A stretch of 64,000 bases of DNA, from positions 4,278,001 to 4,342,000 of the forward strand of contig JBITNC010000002.1 in the NCBI GenBank assembly GCA_050084985.1. Reading direction: 5' to 3'. Position 1 is the first letter of the stretch; the number at the start of each line of letters is the position of its first letter. The position numbers and the translations under genes are program-made. This stretch comes from Nageia nagi (taxonomy: Eukaryota; Plantae; Pinophyta). Shown one piece after another: positions 35,937 through 49,680 of this stretch. A model generated the notes under the pieces. That model was not told the DNA's origin. It did not search any database and saw nothing but the letters and a program-made list of their open reading frames with translations.

Positions 35937-36241
35937 TGTCCCCAAGGGGACAATGTGCTTGTAAAGGCGTTGCATTTCGATTATAGAGATCTTAGGTTCG
36001 AGCCTCCTTGGTAGCACATTTATGTTGTAATGAGGCTACAATGCAAATATAATTTGGTTACAGTTCGGATGTAATCTGATTGTAATGTGTCCAGTTGGAG
36101 GGCTCGATTAAAACCCTCATGAGCCTGCAAAGGTGGTAACAAATTCCCTTGGGTTTACCATGAGACATGCTTACTTGTAGGCTAGGGCATGACTCTGAGA
36201 GGATTAGATGCTTCAGCTGACACCTCTTGCCATAAAAAAAA
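35937..36241 (+). mobile_element. tRNA-like SINE, copy 1
   Basis: ~300 bp. Pol III B-box GGTTCGAGCC at 35995-36004, A-rich tail at 36234-36241, homologous inverted copy nearby. Confidence 0.7.
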
Positions 36242-36414
36242 GTTTTTTCGACCAATGTGTTGTCGAATTTTCTATTGGAAATTACTATTAACTTTTAAAG
36301 GCCATAAATTTTGTTTTACAACTTTGTTTTTCATGTTGTATACACCATTGAAAATCTCTTTTCTAGTAGCATCCATTTATATATTATTTGTCAAAATTTA
36401 AGTAATTTTCATCC

Positions 36415-36720
36415 CTTTATTTAATGTTGATAGGTGTCATTTGGAGCCACTGATCCTCTCAAAGTCATGTCATAGCTTGCAAGTAAGCAAGTATCAAGGT
36501 AAACCTAAGGGAATTTGTTACCACTCATGCAGGATCATGAGGGTTTTGATTGGGCCCCCAAATTGGACACATTACAACCATATTACATTTGAATCGTATC
36601 CAGATTACATTTGAACAATAGCTACATTATAGCACAACCGTACCACCAAGGAGGCTCGAACTTGACAACTTTACAGCCAAACCATAATGACTTTACTAGC
36701 ACGATGTTCCCTTGGGGACA
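36415..36720 (-). mobile_element. tRNA-like SINE, copy 2 (inverted, tail-to-tail)
   Basis: The reverse complement aligns along the length of copy 1 (tgtccccaaggg..., gttcgagcctccttggt, ggtaacaaattccctt, tgacacct). Confidence 0.7.
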
Positions 36721-36959
36721 CCTTTTAAACTATTTCAATGCATACTATTTTTCCTATTTTGATACCTATTACTATTATTCCTATGCCTATTTTATGCTAT
36801 TTTGATGTCTATTTTGATTTTTTTTCTTCATTTAGTATCAAATATTAGTTCATCATAAGGTTATAGTTAACTTATGTGGTCCTTACAATAACTTATTAAA
36901 TGGTATTTTGAGGCTTATAGTTAATTGTGCATAATGACCAATAATACTAACTCTTTTCT

Positions 36960-37030
36960 AATCCTTGAGTTCAATGGAGATGACTATGACTATTGGAGTA
37001 TCAAAATGAAGACCTTATTGGTGGATAGAT
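36960..37030 (+). mobile_element. Copia gag N-terminal fragment
   Basis: Translates FNGDDYDYWSIKMKTLL. Confidence 0.6.
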
Positions 37031-37430
37031 AAATAGATAAGTTTTTAACATCCTTTTAAACCCATTAGTTTGTAAGATCTATCAAAATTTATCTAGAAGT
37101 AAAATATACATCAATTAAGGATTTGAATGATTGTTTTTCATATATCATATGATTTTATTTTGTTAAATGACATGATTTCATCCCTATCATTATGACATGA
37201 CTATGCCATAATATTAACATGATTCTATTCTTATGATATTTATGTTTGTTTATGGTTATATTTTGCTTGACATGATTGCATCACTATCATGATCTTTTTT
37301 CTTGTGTGTGTATTAGTCACAACATGACTTGTGACACGATTGTGTTAACATCATTATCACCTTTCACACACATCACTTATTTTTTTACTAAGTTTTGTTG
37401 CCTGCAAAACTCAACTCAAAAAGGGGTATT

Positions 37431-38620
37431 TGTAGACACCTCAAAATTATATGTTTATCTAAATATGATGATCTATAGGCTCTTTGGCATATTTTGGCAT
37501 ATTCGACATCTTGTCAATATCATAAGTCACTCTCGGGATATCAGACTAGGACTCTCATACCTTGATCTAATACTTTGAGCATTTTATCATATTTTGAGTA
37601 CAAATCCTAATTGACCGACTGGTTGATCAACTGACACATCAATAAACATACTGATCATAAACATACTATCATATAAAACCCAATTCAAAATCATTTCAAT
37701 GAGCTAGACACTCATTTGATCTTGGCACATAACACTTATGAACAAATATTGATCTTTTGCATACATACTAAGCTTTTGCATACTGGTCTCATCATCCTAC
37801 AAGGATTTCAAAAGAATTTAAGAGCATACACATGTGGATCAAGAGAAAATATCACTTCTCTCTTCTAAGGATCTAAGGTATAATCATATGTTGTGATTTT
37901 TTTGATTTAACACTATCTATATCAAGCTTTTTCATATCACTTTACAAGATCTTAAGTATCTCAACTTACTCATATCCTTTCATAATATATTAGCTTTCCT
38001 TTTCATTTGCATGTAATTGCATGTTAGGATTAATGTCATATTATGTCTTACATGTGCATGCACGTTAGCTTTTTACATAGTTTCATTAGATTTATTAATT
38101 TTCATAGATTTAGACAAAAGTATCATCATGCGTCATGCTTTTTAACTTTTCATTGCATGCATGTCATCGTAGATAAGTCATATCATTAGATCCAAGCATA
38201 AAACAATCTTAAAAGTATAGAAATATCATTTTTGCTCTAGAGGTTATTCTATGTTGCATATGTTAGGCATCCTTTTTATTTCTATCACCCTTTTGACTAA
38301 GGGTTAGGGGATCGACATTCTATTGAGAAGGATTTCTTCCCTATTGTGATCTCTTCAAGGTATCAAGGACTTGAAGAACAAAGATTCCCTCTTAAATATT
38401 CTTCTTGTAGGTATTTCACATAAAAGGCAAGTTGAACATTACTGAAGAGAGTACACTTTAAGCATTGCATCGTTGTCATTTGTCTGGTATATCATATTGT
38501 ATTATATTTGTGTGTATACTTGTTTCCTAGGTTATTAGAAATTAGAAAGGTGTGCTCTTAGTCAATTGTAGGAAAATAGGTATTAACTATTAGACTCTTA
38601 TTAATTGGCAATGGAGGTGG
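37431..38620 (+). mobile_element. Decayed LTR-like sequence
   Basis: Begins TGTAGACACCTCAAAAT; related termini occur at ~10095, ~28657 (reverse) and ~49679. The right boundary is uncertain. Confidence 0.4.
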
Positions 38621-40945
38621 CCCACCTTTAGACTCTTATTAACCATTTAGGTGGATATTCCTTGCTTAGTGAGTGAGGTTCCTCTTGAACCTTCTCCTTC
38701 CAAAGGCAGTTATAGACCATACCAACACCATCACTTTGTTCCCAACAAGTAACCTAGGAGATCATCCCATTGATGCTCCCCTATATATCGTGATGATCCT
38801 TGGCTAAGGCCTAACAAACTTCATTTCTATTCCCTAACAATTTCCCCTATCAAGAATGAGGATATTGTTGTAAGTTGCAACTAAGATTTGGAACTAGAAG
38901 AAAAAGTACCTATTTTTAAATGAGATGTTGATTCCACTAAGCTAGTTGGCTAACATGGATAAGAATACTCTCCTTGAGAGGAATTAATCTAATTGTGATA
39001 GTTTATTATATTAAATGGAGCCTTTTTGTTCCTTTTTATTATTAGCATTTTGTATGATATATCTATGTTATAACACTTATTAAATGGCCACCTTATGATT
39101 CTTTTGGGGTATTTGTTTATTAAACCATTTATTTATTTATTTAAAGTTATTACACTATTTTAATATAGTAATTTTTCATAAAAGAAAAAAAAAAAGAGAA
39201 AAAGAAAAACATCCATTATAAATTAATATAAAAAATCAAGCAAATTGTAAAATATAAAATTAAATATTATTAAACATTTTGAAGGACAATCTTAAAATCA
39301 TGTATAACTAAAATCCATAAATGTAATTACAATGCTTATTTTTTCTTGAAGTATTTGACGGACTTTTTATTTTATTAAAATTTTAACAAAGGTCGACTAT
39401 CTTGAATATATCAATACCAAGAAATGAGATACACCTTAGAAATTATATCTCTTGACTTTTTTGATATATTAAGAATTATATCAAAACTAATTTTATTAAT
39501 AAATTTGGTAAAATCTAATTTATGAAATGTATGTAACAACTTGTATTTGCAGATTTGATGTGAAGACCATCACTTGACATGATTTTTGTTTTTCCTCTTC
39601 TCATTATTGCACCATAAATAATAATTTAATCGTCTCTGTATGCGACCGACATACCCGCATAGCCTCCACATAGAATATTTTCCAATGACTTTAAAAATAC
39701 ATCACCTTACATGTTATGTACTTCATTAAAAAATAAAAAAATGTTGTGTACTGCCATTTATCATTCAATATTTAAATAATATAAAATAGAGTCCCTTATT
39801 TTCATTCTCAAATTTAAAAACCAAATACATCTATGATTCATTACATACATTTAGAAATACAAATGTATGTTTGTGCTATTACGTATCTCAAATTTAATAG
39901 AGATTTTTACAAGCCCAAGAAAGATCTCAAGATCACTAAATAAAAATTTAATGTATTTAATCCATTGCAATGTTTTCAATGATGATTTTTTGGGGATTAG
40001 GTAAATGTTCTTGTGTTAAAATAATGTTTTTAATAAAAAATAATTATCTTCTACAAGGTAAATTACTAGGTTGAAATTTCATAATAACAACAATAATAAT
40101 TTTTTTGAAATAATGTTCTCTCCCAAATATCAAACATGGTAAGAGAAACTTCTTGATGCATCTCAACTTCTTCTTAAATACTTAAAATATAAACTAATTC
40201 TCTCTTTCTAATAACAAATATAAGAGAGATTTAAAACCAAAAAAATATTTAGAAATTCTTATGTTAGACATAACTCAAGCTTTACACGGCTTTGCAACAA
40301 ATATATTAAAAAACTTAGAGTTGAATAGTATTGAGATCACATGAATAAAGGCATCTTTTGACCATATTCATGTGACCACCAATAGCCTTAATCACCTTTT
40401 CAATCAACCCACTAAATAAGTCTAGGTGAGGTGGCACACTTATCAAGCCTCATATAATTATTTAATTATTTATCAAGAAAAGATATACTTTTGAGGCCAT
40501 TGGTGTGTTTGAATGTTTTATATGAATAAAATTTATGTGATGCAATGTATCTATTCTATGCCATGCTTAAAAAGAAACATTAGCTTTTATAATAGTATTC
40601 AATGATATATTTGCAATTTTTTAACCATATAAGAAGTGGTGAGAGTATAATTAAAATCGTTGATGGTACCATGATGGTGCTAACCACATAATTTGTTGTC
40701 CTTAATGGTTTATCTTAAAACCAATTAGTCTCCCTCCAAGAAACATGTCCTGTCACAATGCTATTAAAAAATATAGAATTTTTACCTAATGAGTCATATC
40801 AACTTTTAAGTATAAGAAATTTTTAGATTATTGATATCATGCGTGAAGAGTATAAATATGTTTCTTATTGATTATGAAGATGAAAAGAAGTAAAATCATT
40901 TTTTCATCATGATAATAAAAAAATTAATTCATAATTTAATCTTTA

Positions 40946-43900
40946 ATTTTTTTTGAACGATAGAGTTTTATATTAAAAGAGAAAAATTATATTATATAAA
41001 GGAAAAGGGGTGGAAATACACACACTCTACGTGTTTCGCGTGATATCAAAAAAATACATTTGATCAAATCATCAAAGGGCAAGAAATAACTAAAGAAACT
41101 TCGTCGACCACCACATGGCAACAACAAAAATATTACCCAGATAACAACTTAAAAAATAGTAAGCTTCATTACACATCATTAAACTTGTGGAATAACAAAC
41201 TCCATGCAAAGTAGGCCTACTTAGGTTCAATACAATTGGCCCATAGAGTTTTGAATCGGACACTCTACTTAGAAAAAGTGGAGGATAAACACCAACGTTC
41301 ATTAATCTTGGAAGCCATGGGAATATGGGAGACAACCAATTATACCCCATCTTAGTAAAATAACTAAAAATTGGTGTACCCGTGATCCACTTCCATTCTA
41401 TCCACCATGGGCATTATGAGTGCTGACCTAGCTTGGGCCATAACGAGAAAGGTGTACAGTTGAGAACTGCTTCATAAGTGTCTTTATCCTCATATTTTAG
41501 AGCAAATCTGAGTTTGAATCTTTCCCACAGGATCCACCCTTTAGAGGAGTGGTTAAAGAAATCAAAGAGGTAGGCAATCCCTTTTTTGAAGAACCGCTTG
41601 GCTCGAATCCATTGAATGGAAGCAAGAGGTTTATTCTACAATGTGATAATTGGGGATCACCAAATATTAACCGAATCTAGTGCCACACCTTGGCGTTGGC
41701 TATTAGGATTCCAAATGCTCTTGCAAATAAAAGATCCAAAAATCTTGATTAGCATAAGCACAATAATCAAGGAAGGGAAATTCATATATTTCCAAGGTTT
41801 TTTGCCAAGGAGAAGTCCTTGAGAAATACAGTGTCATGATAGAACCTTCCAATATTCTGAGCCTTTCAAGGCTCAAGTAACCCATTAGGCATTCAGTGCT
41901 AACCCCTTCCTGTAATAGTTAAAAATTCCCATTCCATTAGTAGTATTGGGGAGACAATAGTAATCCCAAGAAACTTGATGGAAGCCCTTCTTGTCTTTGT
42001 TGTTAGTTCTTAAGAAATCCCTAAGGGGATTTTCCAGCTTTTGTAATAGTTTTGGGAAGGGACCTAACATGAAGAATAATAAACATGCATGGAAGCTAAA
42101 ACCTTCAAGCAAATTTGGAATTTACCAGCTAATGAAAGCTTCTTTGTGATCTAGTAAGATAGCTTCTTTTCTACTTAACATACTGAATAGGGGTGCTTTG
42201 AAAGGCAAAGGGAATACCTAAAAATTTAAACATATCTCTCGAATTTATCCATTGGCAGTGAAAAGCAGAAAGCCATTCAGGCAATCTATTTGAAATTGTC
42301 TAAAATAGGTCTTTTTCCACTAAATGCTTAATCCCAAGGCTTTACAAAACATATCAATGCAATCAAATGCTTGTTTGATAGAGTCTTTGTCCTCTCTAAG
42401 AGTAAGAAATGAGTCATCAGCAAAATGACCATTAATTAATTGCCCACCATTCCCAAGAAGTAAAATTCCTTAAATAAGCTTCTAAGAAGCTTTGTTGGCT
42501 AAAAGATAGTCGAAGGCTTTAGCTGCTAACACATAAAGTGAGGGAGCGAGAGGAAAACCCTACCTTATTAACTTGAGAAGGCCAATGGAGGTGTTTTGAA
42601 CCCCATCAAGGGTTAGCACGATAGAGGCATCACTAAAGAGCATTTGAACTGAAGCCAAGAAGGTAGGGTCGAAGCCCAAAGCTTTGAGCATAACAAGAAT
42701 GAAGTGCCATTCAATTTTATCATAAGCTTTTTCAAAGTCAATTTTAATGAAAAGAGTATTTTGTTGAGACGAGCGAGCCCACTCCATGCTTCCCAAACAA
42801 CAATAACATTATCAAGGATATATTTGCTTTTGATAAAGCCAATTTGTTCAAGATAGATAATCCAAGGAAATAATGATCGAAGTTTAATGGCTAAAGCCTT
42901 AATAATGATTTTATAGCTAACATTTGGAAGGATGATGGGCCTCCAACTAGAGATAAGTTCAGGGTCCCCTATCTTCGAAATGAATTTTATATTTCCCTTA
43001 TTTATAATCATCCCCAAAGATCTTGTAAGGAGGGTTTCATGGTACACACAGAGGAGGTTAGGGCCAACAACATCCCATAGCTATTTATAGAACTCACATG
43101 GGAAGCCATCTAACCTTGGGGCTTTCTCATTCACCATCCATGTCAAAGTTGCTTTTAAATCCTCCAAAGAGAGAGTGCATTCACAAACTTCCTTCTATAC
43201 AGGAGAGAGTTTGATAGGAACCACTCTGTAACATTCATCAAGGATGAGCTGGCACACCTCTGTCAACTCTTGAGAAGCAAAGACTTGAGTGTAATGCTTC
43301 AAAAAACTTCTAATAATATCAAGACATTCAGTAATATGAATGTCCTCATTGAGTATGGATTTGAACTAGGATACCAACCTTAGAGGTCAAAGTCTTTGGA
43401 AACTTGATCCCCCAATTAAAGCTAATGAATTCGAACTCAAATTTGAGCACCTTTGGCTTCATAAACTTCTACCTTCTTGAGCTCATGTCTAACTGTAGTG
43501 ACATGCTGCTACAAGAGAACATTCATAGGGTCTACTTCTAAGCGTAATGAGGCAAGCTCAAACTCTTCCTGAAGGGTGTCGGTAGAGTGCCTATGGAGTT
43601 GAGCAAGTTTGACACCCAACGTTCTCAACATCAAGGTGGTCCGAGTGATGGCATAATTCCACCAGTTGATCCAATTGATGTTCTCCTTGGGCCTTGGAAT
43701 GAGGTTTCAAATTCTACAAATATGGGTAGTGGTGGTACGATGATGAAGGAAGGAGATATTAAAGCAGAATTGGGAATGGAAGGTATGAGGTTGTTGAAAA
43801 AGGGAAACAACTTTAAAATATTATGGGCAAGTGATTTGAAATAGTATTTCCCTAGAGAAGCCAAAACCAAAGGGGCTACAAGGGAAAGGATTTACAAAGA

Positions 43901-46010
43901 AAAACTAGCTTGATTAGTGAGCATAACCCTATCTAGCTATTTAAGAACTTTGAAATAACCTGACTAAAAATTAGACTAGGTGAACCAAAGAGAGTGTGGT
44001 AAACTTTGAGCATTATGGCATGCATTTAGATCTACCAACCCATGCTTATTTTTGATAAAAAACCAAGCATCTCTTTCACCAGCACACCATCTCATAGGAA
44101 TATGACCCACCTTATCGTTAGATTTCTCAATCATGTTAAAGTCCCCACAAAATAACCAAATCGCCTGGGGAAGAGATAAAGTAAGCCATATCCATAATGT
44201 GCTTTTATGTGGGCCATGATTAGATGCGTAGATGTTGATAACCCCAAAGGGTTGGCCATTAATATCAAAAAGGGTCCAAACCACCTGATTGGAAGGGTCC
44301 ACCCCTCATGAGACCCAAAGTGCCTTTCACCTTGGAGAAATAAAAGTTATGGTACCTCCTCTACCATGAAAATGATTATTAGAATACATGGAACAACCAG
44401 GCCACAGGAAGGAGCTGGCACATTCCATATTAAACTCTAAGATTTTAACTTCTTAGAGAAAAAGAAAATCTATTTTCCTAAAGAGACTAGTAATTTTAGT
44501 AATTTCACTATGGATTGAATATTTTCATATTAGGTCCATCATCCCTTTGACATTCCATGACATAAAAATCTTTGGGTAGAGTTGAGGTTCATATCACCAT
44601 CGAGCTCTTCTTCATCATCAATATCATTTTCAAAATCCTTAGTATCCCTTAGGTCCTCGAGGGAAGCATAAGGGTTTGAAATAAAGTTTGCATGATTAGT
44701 TCCATCAAACATACTGAAAGAACACTTCTCCTATTAGGAAGCAACACCACTTCCTTGAGGAATTCAAGACCTGCTAGGTTACATTAATGCCTCTTTGTAT
44801 TTAGCTTTGAAAATGGCCTGTTAAGGGTTGCTAGTGTTGGTGGGCATGAAGGGCAGCTTAAGAGCTATGGATTGAGGAGACATGGTTACTTAATTGTTCC
44901 CTTGAGAGGGAATAACGAGTCTAACAAGCCTGGTACCTTATCATGGGTTAAGATTTTTCTTGTTGTTCATCATGGTCTATTTCCTTGATGAATCATTATG
45001 CCCATTACCACTTCTTGATGCATGAGGTTTTTTGGTAAGGTGTGGTGCATGTGCAATCGAAGCCACTATCACTTGATTGTAGCCTTTGAATATAACCTCC
45101 ATGAGAGGAAAATCCCTTATTTTTTGCTCAGCATATTGGCAATGATAATAAGTATTTGGAAGGTTCATATACACTAACTTTTATAGTAAGAGCTATTGCC
45201 AATTTGAATGACCAAATGATACCTAAGATCTTTGGATAAACCTATGTTGACATAGATCCTAAGTTTGTAGGGATGAACTCCATAAAACTTGGGTTGCTTG
45301 ACACAAATGAAAGTACCTAAAGGAGCCACAATCCTTTTCTTGAAGGATCAAAGAGGCATTGGGAGTCCGGGGAGTTCAACCTAGACAGGTATTTCGAATA
45401 GAGCTCCTTCAGCAATAGAAAAATATTGCATCCAAGCTTGAAACACCAAGAGTGAGTTTTTGACATACCAAGGACCATGGTCAAAAGTAGATTTGGCATG
45501 GTCTTAATGGGGGAAATGAAAAAAAAAAAACCTTTTGTGAAGTTTTGAATACCTTCAAATTCGACTCCATATAAAGTCCAGTATTATTGAACGCAACTAC
45601 GAATAATAAAGTCTATAGGAATATGACACAAAGTATCCTTTCAAATTATTACTTTCTAACCAACCACATGCATTGTTAAAATCATCAACAAGATATCAAC
45701 ATCAGGAACATAGGGATTACCTCTCTATAGATTTTTGAGATGAACTTCTGAGCTTCCTTCAGTGCCATTCCTCCTTCCAACAACTTCAACATGAGTTGAA
45801 CTATTGAATGGGCATAATCCATTAAAAAGAAAAAAAATATAAGCTGATTAAGGTGGTGGGAACTGGCTAACGTGGCCCTCAGATCGAAAGGAATTTAAGA
45901 AATCCCATACAGTTTTCAATACAGTGTGAAACCCTAGGCCAATGGTTCAGCTCATGCACTAGAAAAACCTTAGCAGAGCTTTTCCATTTCCTCCATTTCT
46001 TCAATTGCAA
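40946..46010 (-). mobile_element. Near full-length decayed L1 LINE (ORF1 + EN/RT ORF2)
   Basis: Endonuclease INIYASN...WLFCGDFNMI (43976..44302). RT SWRPIILPNVSYKIIIKALAIKL, IKIDFEKAYDKIEW and HFADDS at ~42410. Degenerate ORF1 knuckle YMNLPNTYYHCQ. T-run 3' end at ~40946. Confidence 0.92.
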
Positions 46011-48319
46011 CAAAATAACTTCTCTTTCCAAAAACAAAAGTTTCACTACCTTTAAATTATTCAAATCATGGTATTTATAAGAAAGTTAAGAATTGTCTTT
46101 TTACATTTGTATTATGTGAGTTTTCTTCTCATAAATTGCATTTATTTCTCGTTTCTTTTGTTCTTCATTTTCTTTAATATCATATATAATTACCAAAACA
46201 TTTTTAATGTTGAACAATTTCATCTAATTTCTCAGTATTATATTGAGTTTTCATTTTACCTTTGTTTTCATTATCTCTTATTTCATTCCTTCTCTCATTT
46301 AGGACCTTATAATGGCAATCTTTTATTAGGGGCCCATTCTTCCTATAGTTATATTCTTTAGGTTTATTTTTGTATTCAATATTTTGTATTAATTTTCCAT
46401 CCTCTTTTTTTTGGCAAATAAAAAAACTAATTGCATTAACTTTGAGTATTTTCATACATAGTGTGTCACAATTTATACAAAATTGGATTATTAAAGAGAA
46501 CAATAATTGAGAACAAGATAAAGCAGAATCACTTGTGAATGCATTATTGAAACATGATTTGGACGAACATTTGAGGTTATTTGGGAATTACATATGATGT
46601 CATGTTTCTTTCCTCCATGGTATGCCTACTAATAAGCCAAGATATTAGGGAGCATTTTTTTTCATATGGGACCTGCATTTGAAGATGTTTATACTAGTTG
46701 CACTTCATCACTTCCTAAAAATTGAGTAATTGTACCAAAGGGAAACCAACCACCTATAGGTTCTTGTGGATTCTTTATTGAATATTTTCCATTAGATCCT
46801 TGGAGATATGTTATTTTTCTTCATTTATTCATAGTGAGAGATAACTATTTATTATTTTTTGGAGTTTAATTTTTATCATAAATGCTTTCTTATTTATATT
46901 CCACCTTGGCCTCATGCTCTTTTGGTATTCCTCCATTCTATACCTGCTTTCCTTTTTTTTTCTTCATGATTCATATTTTCAATTCTTCTTCTTGTTTGCC
47001 TCCATTGCATATTTTTCTTTTTTTTATGTTTGTTGTTGTTTTTTCTTTGATCTTGTTGGTAAATCCATCTCTATGTGGCCATATATTTTGCATACTAAGC
47101 ATGCCACATGTTTTAGATCATAGGATATTTCTTGGAAATGTTATCCATTTTTTTTCTTCAAGCATATATTGATTTGTAATGGTTTTATTATGTCTATGTT
47201 TACACAAAACCTAGCTGAGTTAAATTTAGTTTTAGGTTAAGTATATTGATCCAAACAAATGAAATCCCCTAGGGAACATCATAAATGATTTTATTTGTTA
47301 TCTAAACCTTTAAGTGCAACCCACTTTTCCCAAACCATCATGGTCCATTTTCTAGTACCCTTTCCAAATCCTCCTTCAAGTTGAATTTATATAGTAGAGA
47401 ATCACAAGGGAGGGTATCCAGATCCATAACACCTTTTACTTTCCAATTATTCTTTATCAAATTTCCTTATATTCTCTAATATTGGTCTAGCACCCATAAA
47501 TTTTATAGTAAGGGATAATTTCCTTATAGATTTTATTTTTTCATAAGCCTAATAAGGAATTATAATCATAGATATACCCTTCTCATATTCAACTTTTTTG
47601 ATCTTTATTAGTATACCTAGTTCTATCCTACATGGTTCATTTTTCTTCATTCCTCCTATGATCCTAGAGGGACCCTCTCCCTAGGTAGGTTTGGAGTCAT
47701 CAAGAAGACTTACCTGTTATTGTTCACATGCACCATCTTATCCTATCTATGTCTCATGCTTTTCTTGAAATATTACTCCCTCCTTCTACTTTATTTACCT
47801 TCCTCAGGGTCTTTTAAAATTTGAAAACCTGTTATTCGTACTCTCAATGTGCTACTCCAAAAATGATGCCATATAAGGAAGCACCATACATTAAAATAAA
47901 TTTATTTAGAGCTCTGATAATTATTTTTGATGAATTTACAAATCACAATAGCGAGGATTTAATATCTCAAGCATAAAAAATTAAATTTGATGAAGAAGAG
48001 AATATTATAACTTCATAAAAAAATGAAGAAAATATGATCATGTAGAAGAGGAAGCACATGAAAAAAAAAATCTCAACAAGAAATAAAGGAGGATGAAGCA
48101 AAAGATGATAACAATGAAGAAAAATGATCTCATGTCAAGAAGAAGGACAACAATGGGAGAGATAACAAGGAAAACACTTACCCAAGTATTAAAACATTGA
48201 GAAATACTAGTAGAATTGTAAACTATGGTAAATAGGGTAAGAATATCAAGAATGATAAAGGAAATAACAATATCATTCTAGAGAAAAGTGGGGGTGGAAG
48301 ATCCACCTTAAGAAAATCT

Positions 48320-49680
48320 AAATGAAAATTCTATATTGGAATATTTGAAATTATTGCTTACTCAAAAATAAAAAGTTGCAAGGGATCTAAGAAGGGAGAA
48401 AAAACTTGATATGTTGTTATTACAAGAAACAAAAGTCAAAGCAAACAAGGTACACAAGGTTAAAAATAAAATATGGAATGAAGAAAAACTTGAATCAATA
48501 GGAGCTAGAAGATAATCATGAGGGCTATGGATACTTTAGAATCCAGTTATAGTGGTAGTTCAAAGAATCCAATTTCCCTCATCTAGATGTATCTTAATAA
48601 AGGTAACTTTCTTGATAATAACTTTTCCTTTATTTTATCTAATATTTATGCATCAAATGTATTTAACAATCAAATAAGGTTTTGGTAATAGTTAATATAT
48701 CATAAGAAAATTTTCTTAAATGAGCCATGGCTCTTGGAAGGAGTCTTGAATTCACCACTAAGTTTAGAGGATAAATTTGGAGGGAGAACAAATATGTATA
48801 TAAGTTTGGCGGATTTGAGATATTTTCTAAAGAAAATAGGTTTAGTGGATTTGATCTTAAAGGATAATAACTTCAATTGGTCAAAAAAAAGATGTGGTAC
48901 ATGATTTAGTCAAATAAGATAAGATAGAATACTTTCCACCTTAGTGGGATCGGATTATTGCCCATTACCTTTAAATATTGATTCTTATCAAAAGAAAAGA
49001 TCATCCTTTAAATTTGAATATATGTGGAAGTATCACCCAAGTTTTAAAGAAAATATTAAAAAATGGTGGAACATGAAACTATAAGGAACATCATTGTATA
49101 AAATGTCTAAAAAACATGATGAAATTAAAAGAAGTCTTTAGCACTGGAATAAACATATATTCAACAATGTCAAACTCAAAAAATAAAGTCTTAAGGAGGA
49201 ATTAAAGGCAATTGAGAAGGAGATATATTGAGGAGATGTAGAGATAAGGAAGTTGATCTAGGGAAAAAACATGTCTTAGCATAGTATTTTAATACTTTAC
49301 CATAATATAAAATGCATTGAAACTAGAAATCTTAGATAACTAGGCTCAAATAGGGAGATAAGAACATAATATTATTTAATATTATAAACCTAAGGAGGAG
49401 AAGCTTTAACAAAATAATTGAGGTGAAAAACTCAAATGGTACCATTACAAATGATGAATAAGAAATTAAAAATGAACTAGAGTCTTTCTATCATAAGCTT
49501 CTATCGTTAGATTAAAAGATGAATAAAAAAGTGATGGATGATATTATTGGATGTATACCATAGTTGATTCATAAAAAAAAAGAGATATTGGCAAGTAGAT
49601 GAAGAGGAAATTAAAAGAGCATTATTCCTAATGAATCATGATAAAGCTTGAAATTCGGATGAATATCCTATAGGTTTCTA
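48320..49680 (+). mobile_element. Decayed L1 ORF2 5' part (endonuclease to start of RT), truncated
   Basis: MKILYWNI, LLLQETK, NIYASN, WLLGGV.N, FNWS, FKFEYMW, GDKN and DKA...D.YPIGFY, then an LTR-like start at ~49679. Confidence 0.85.

Noticed and set aside
35940-36015. tRNA gene
   Set aside because: A B-box is present but I see no convincing cloverleaf; it continues into a 300-bp A-tailed repeat, so a SINE fits better.
46068-47172. Hydrophobic F/I/L-rich ORFs
   Set aside because: They are by-products of T-rich low-complexity sequence.
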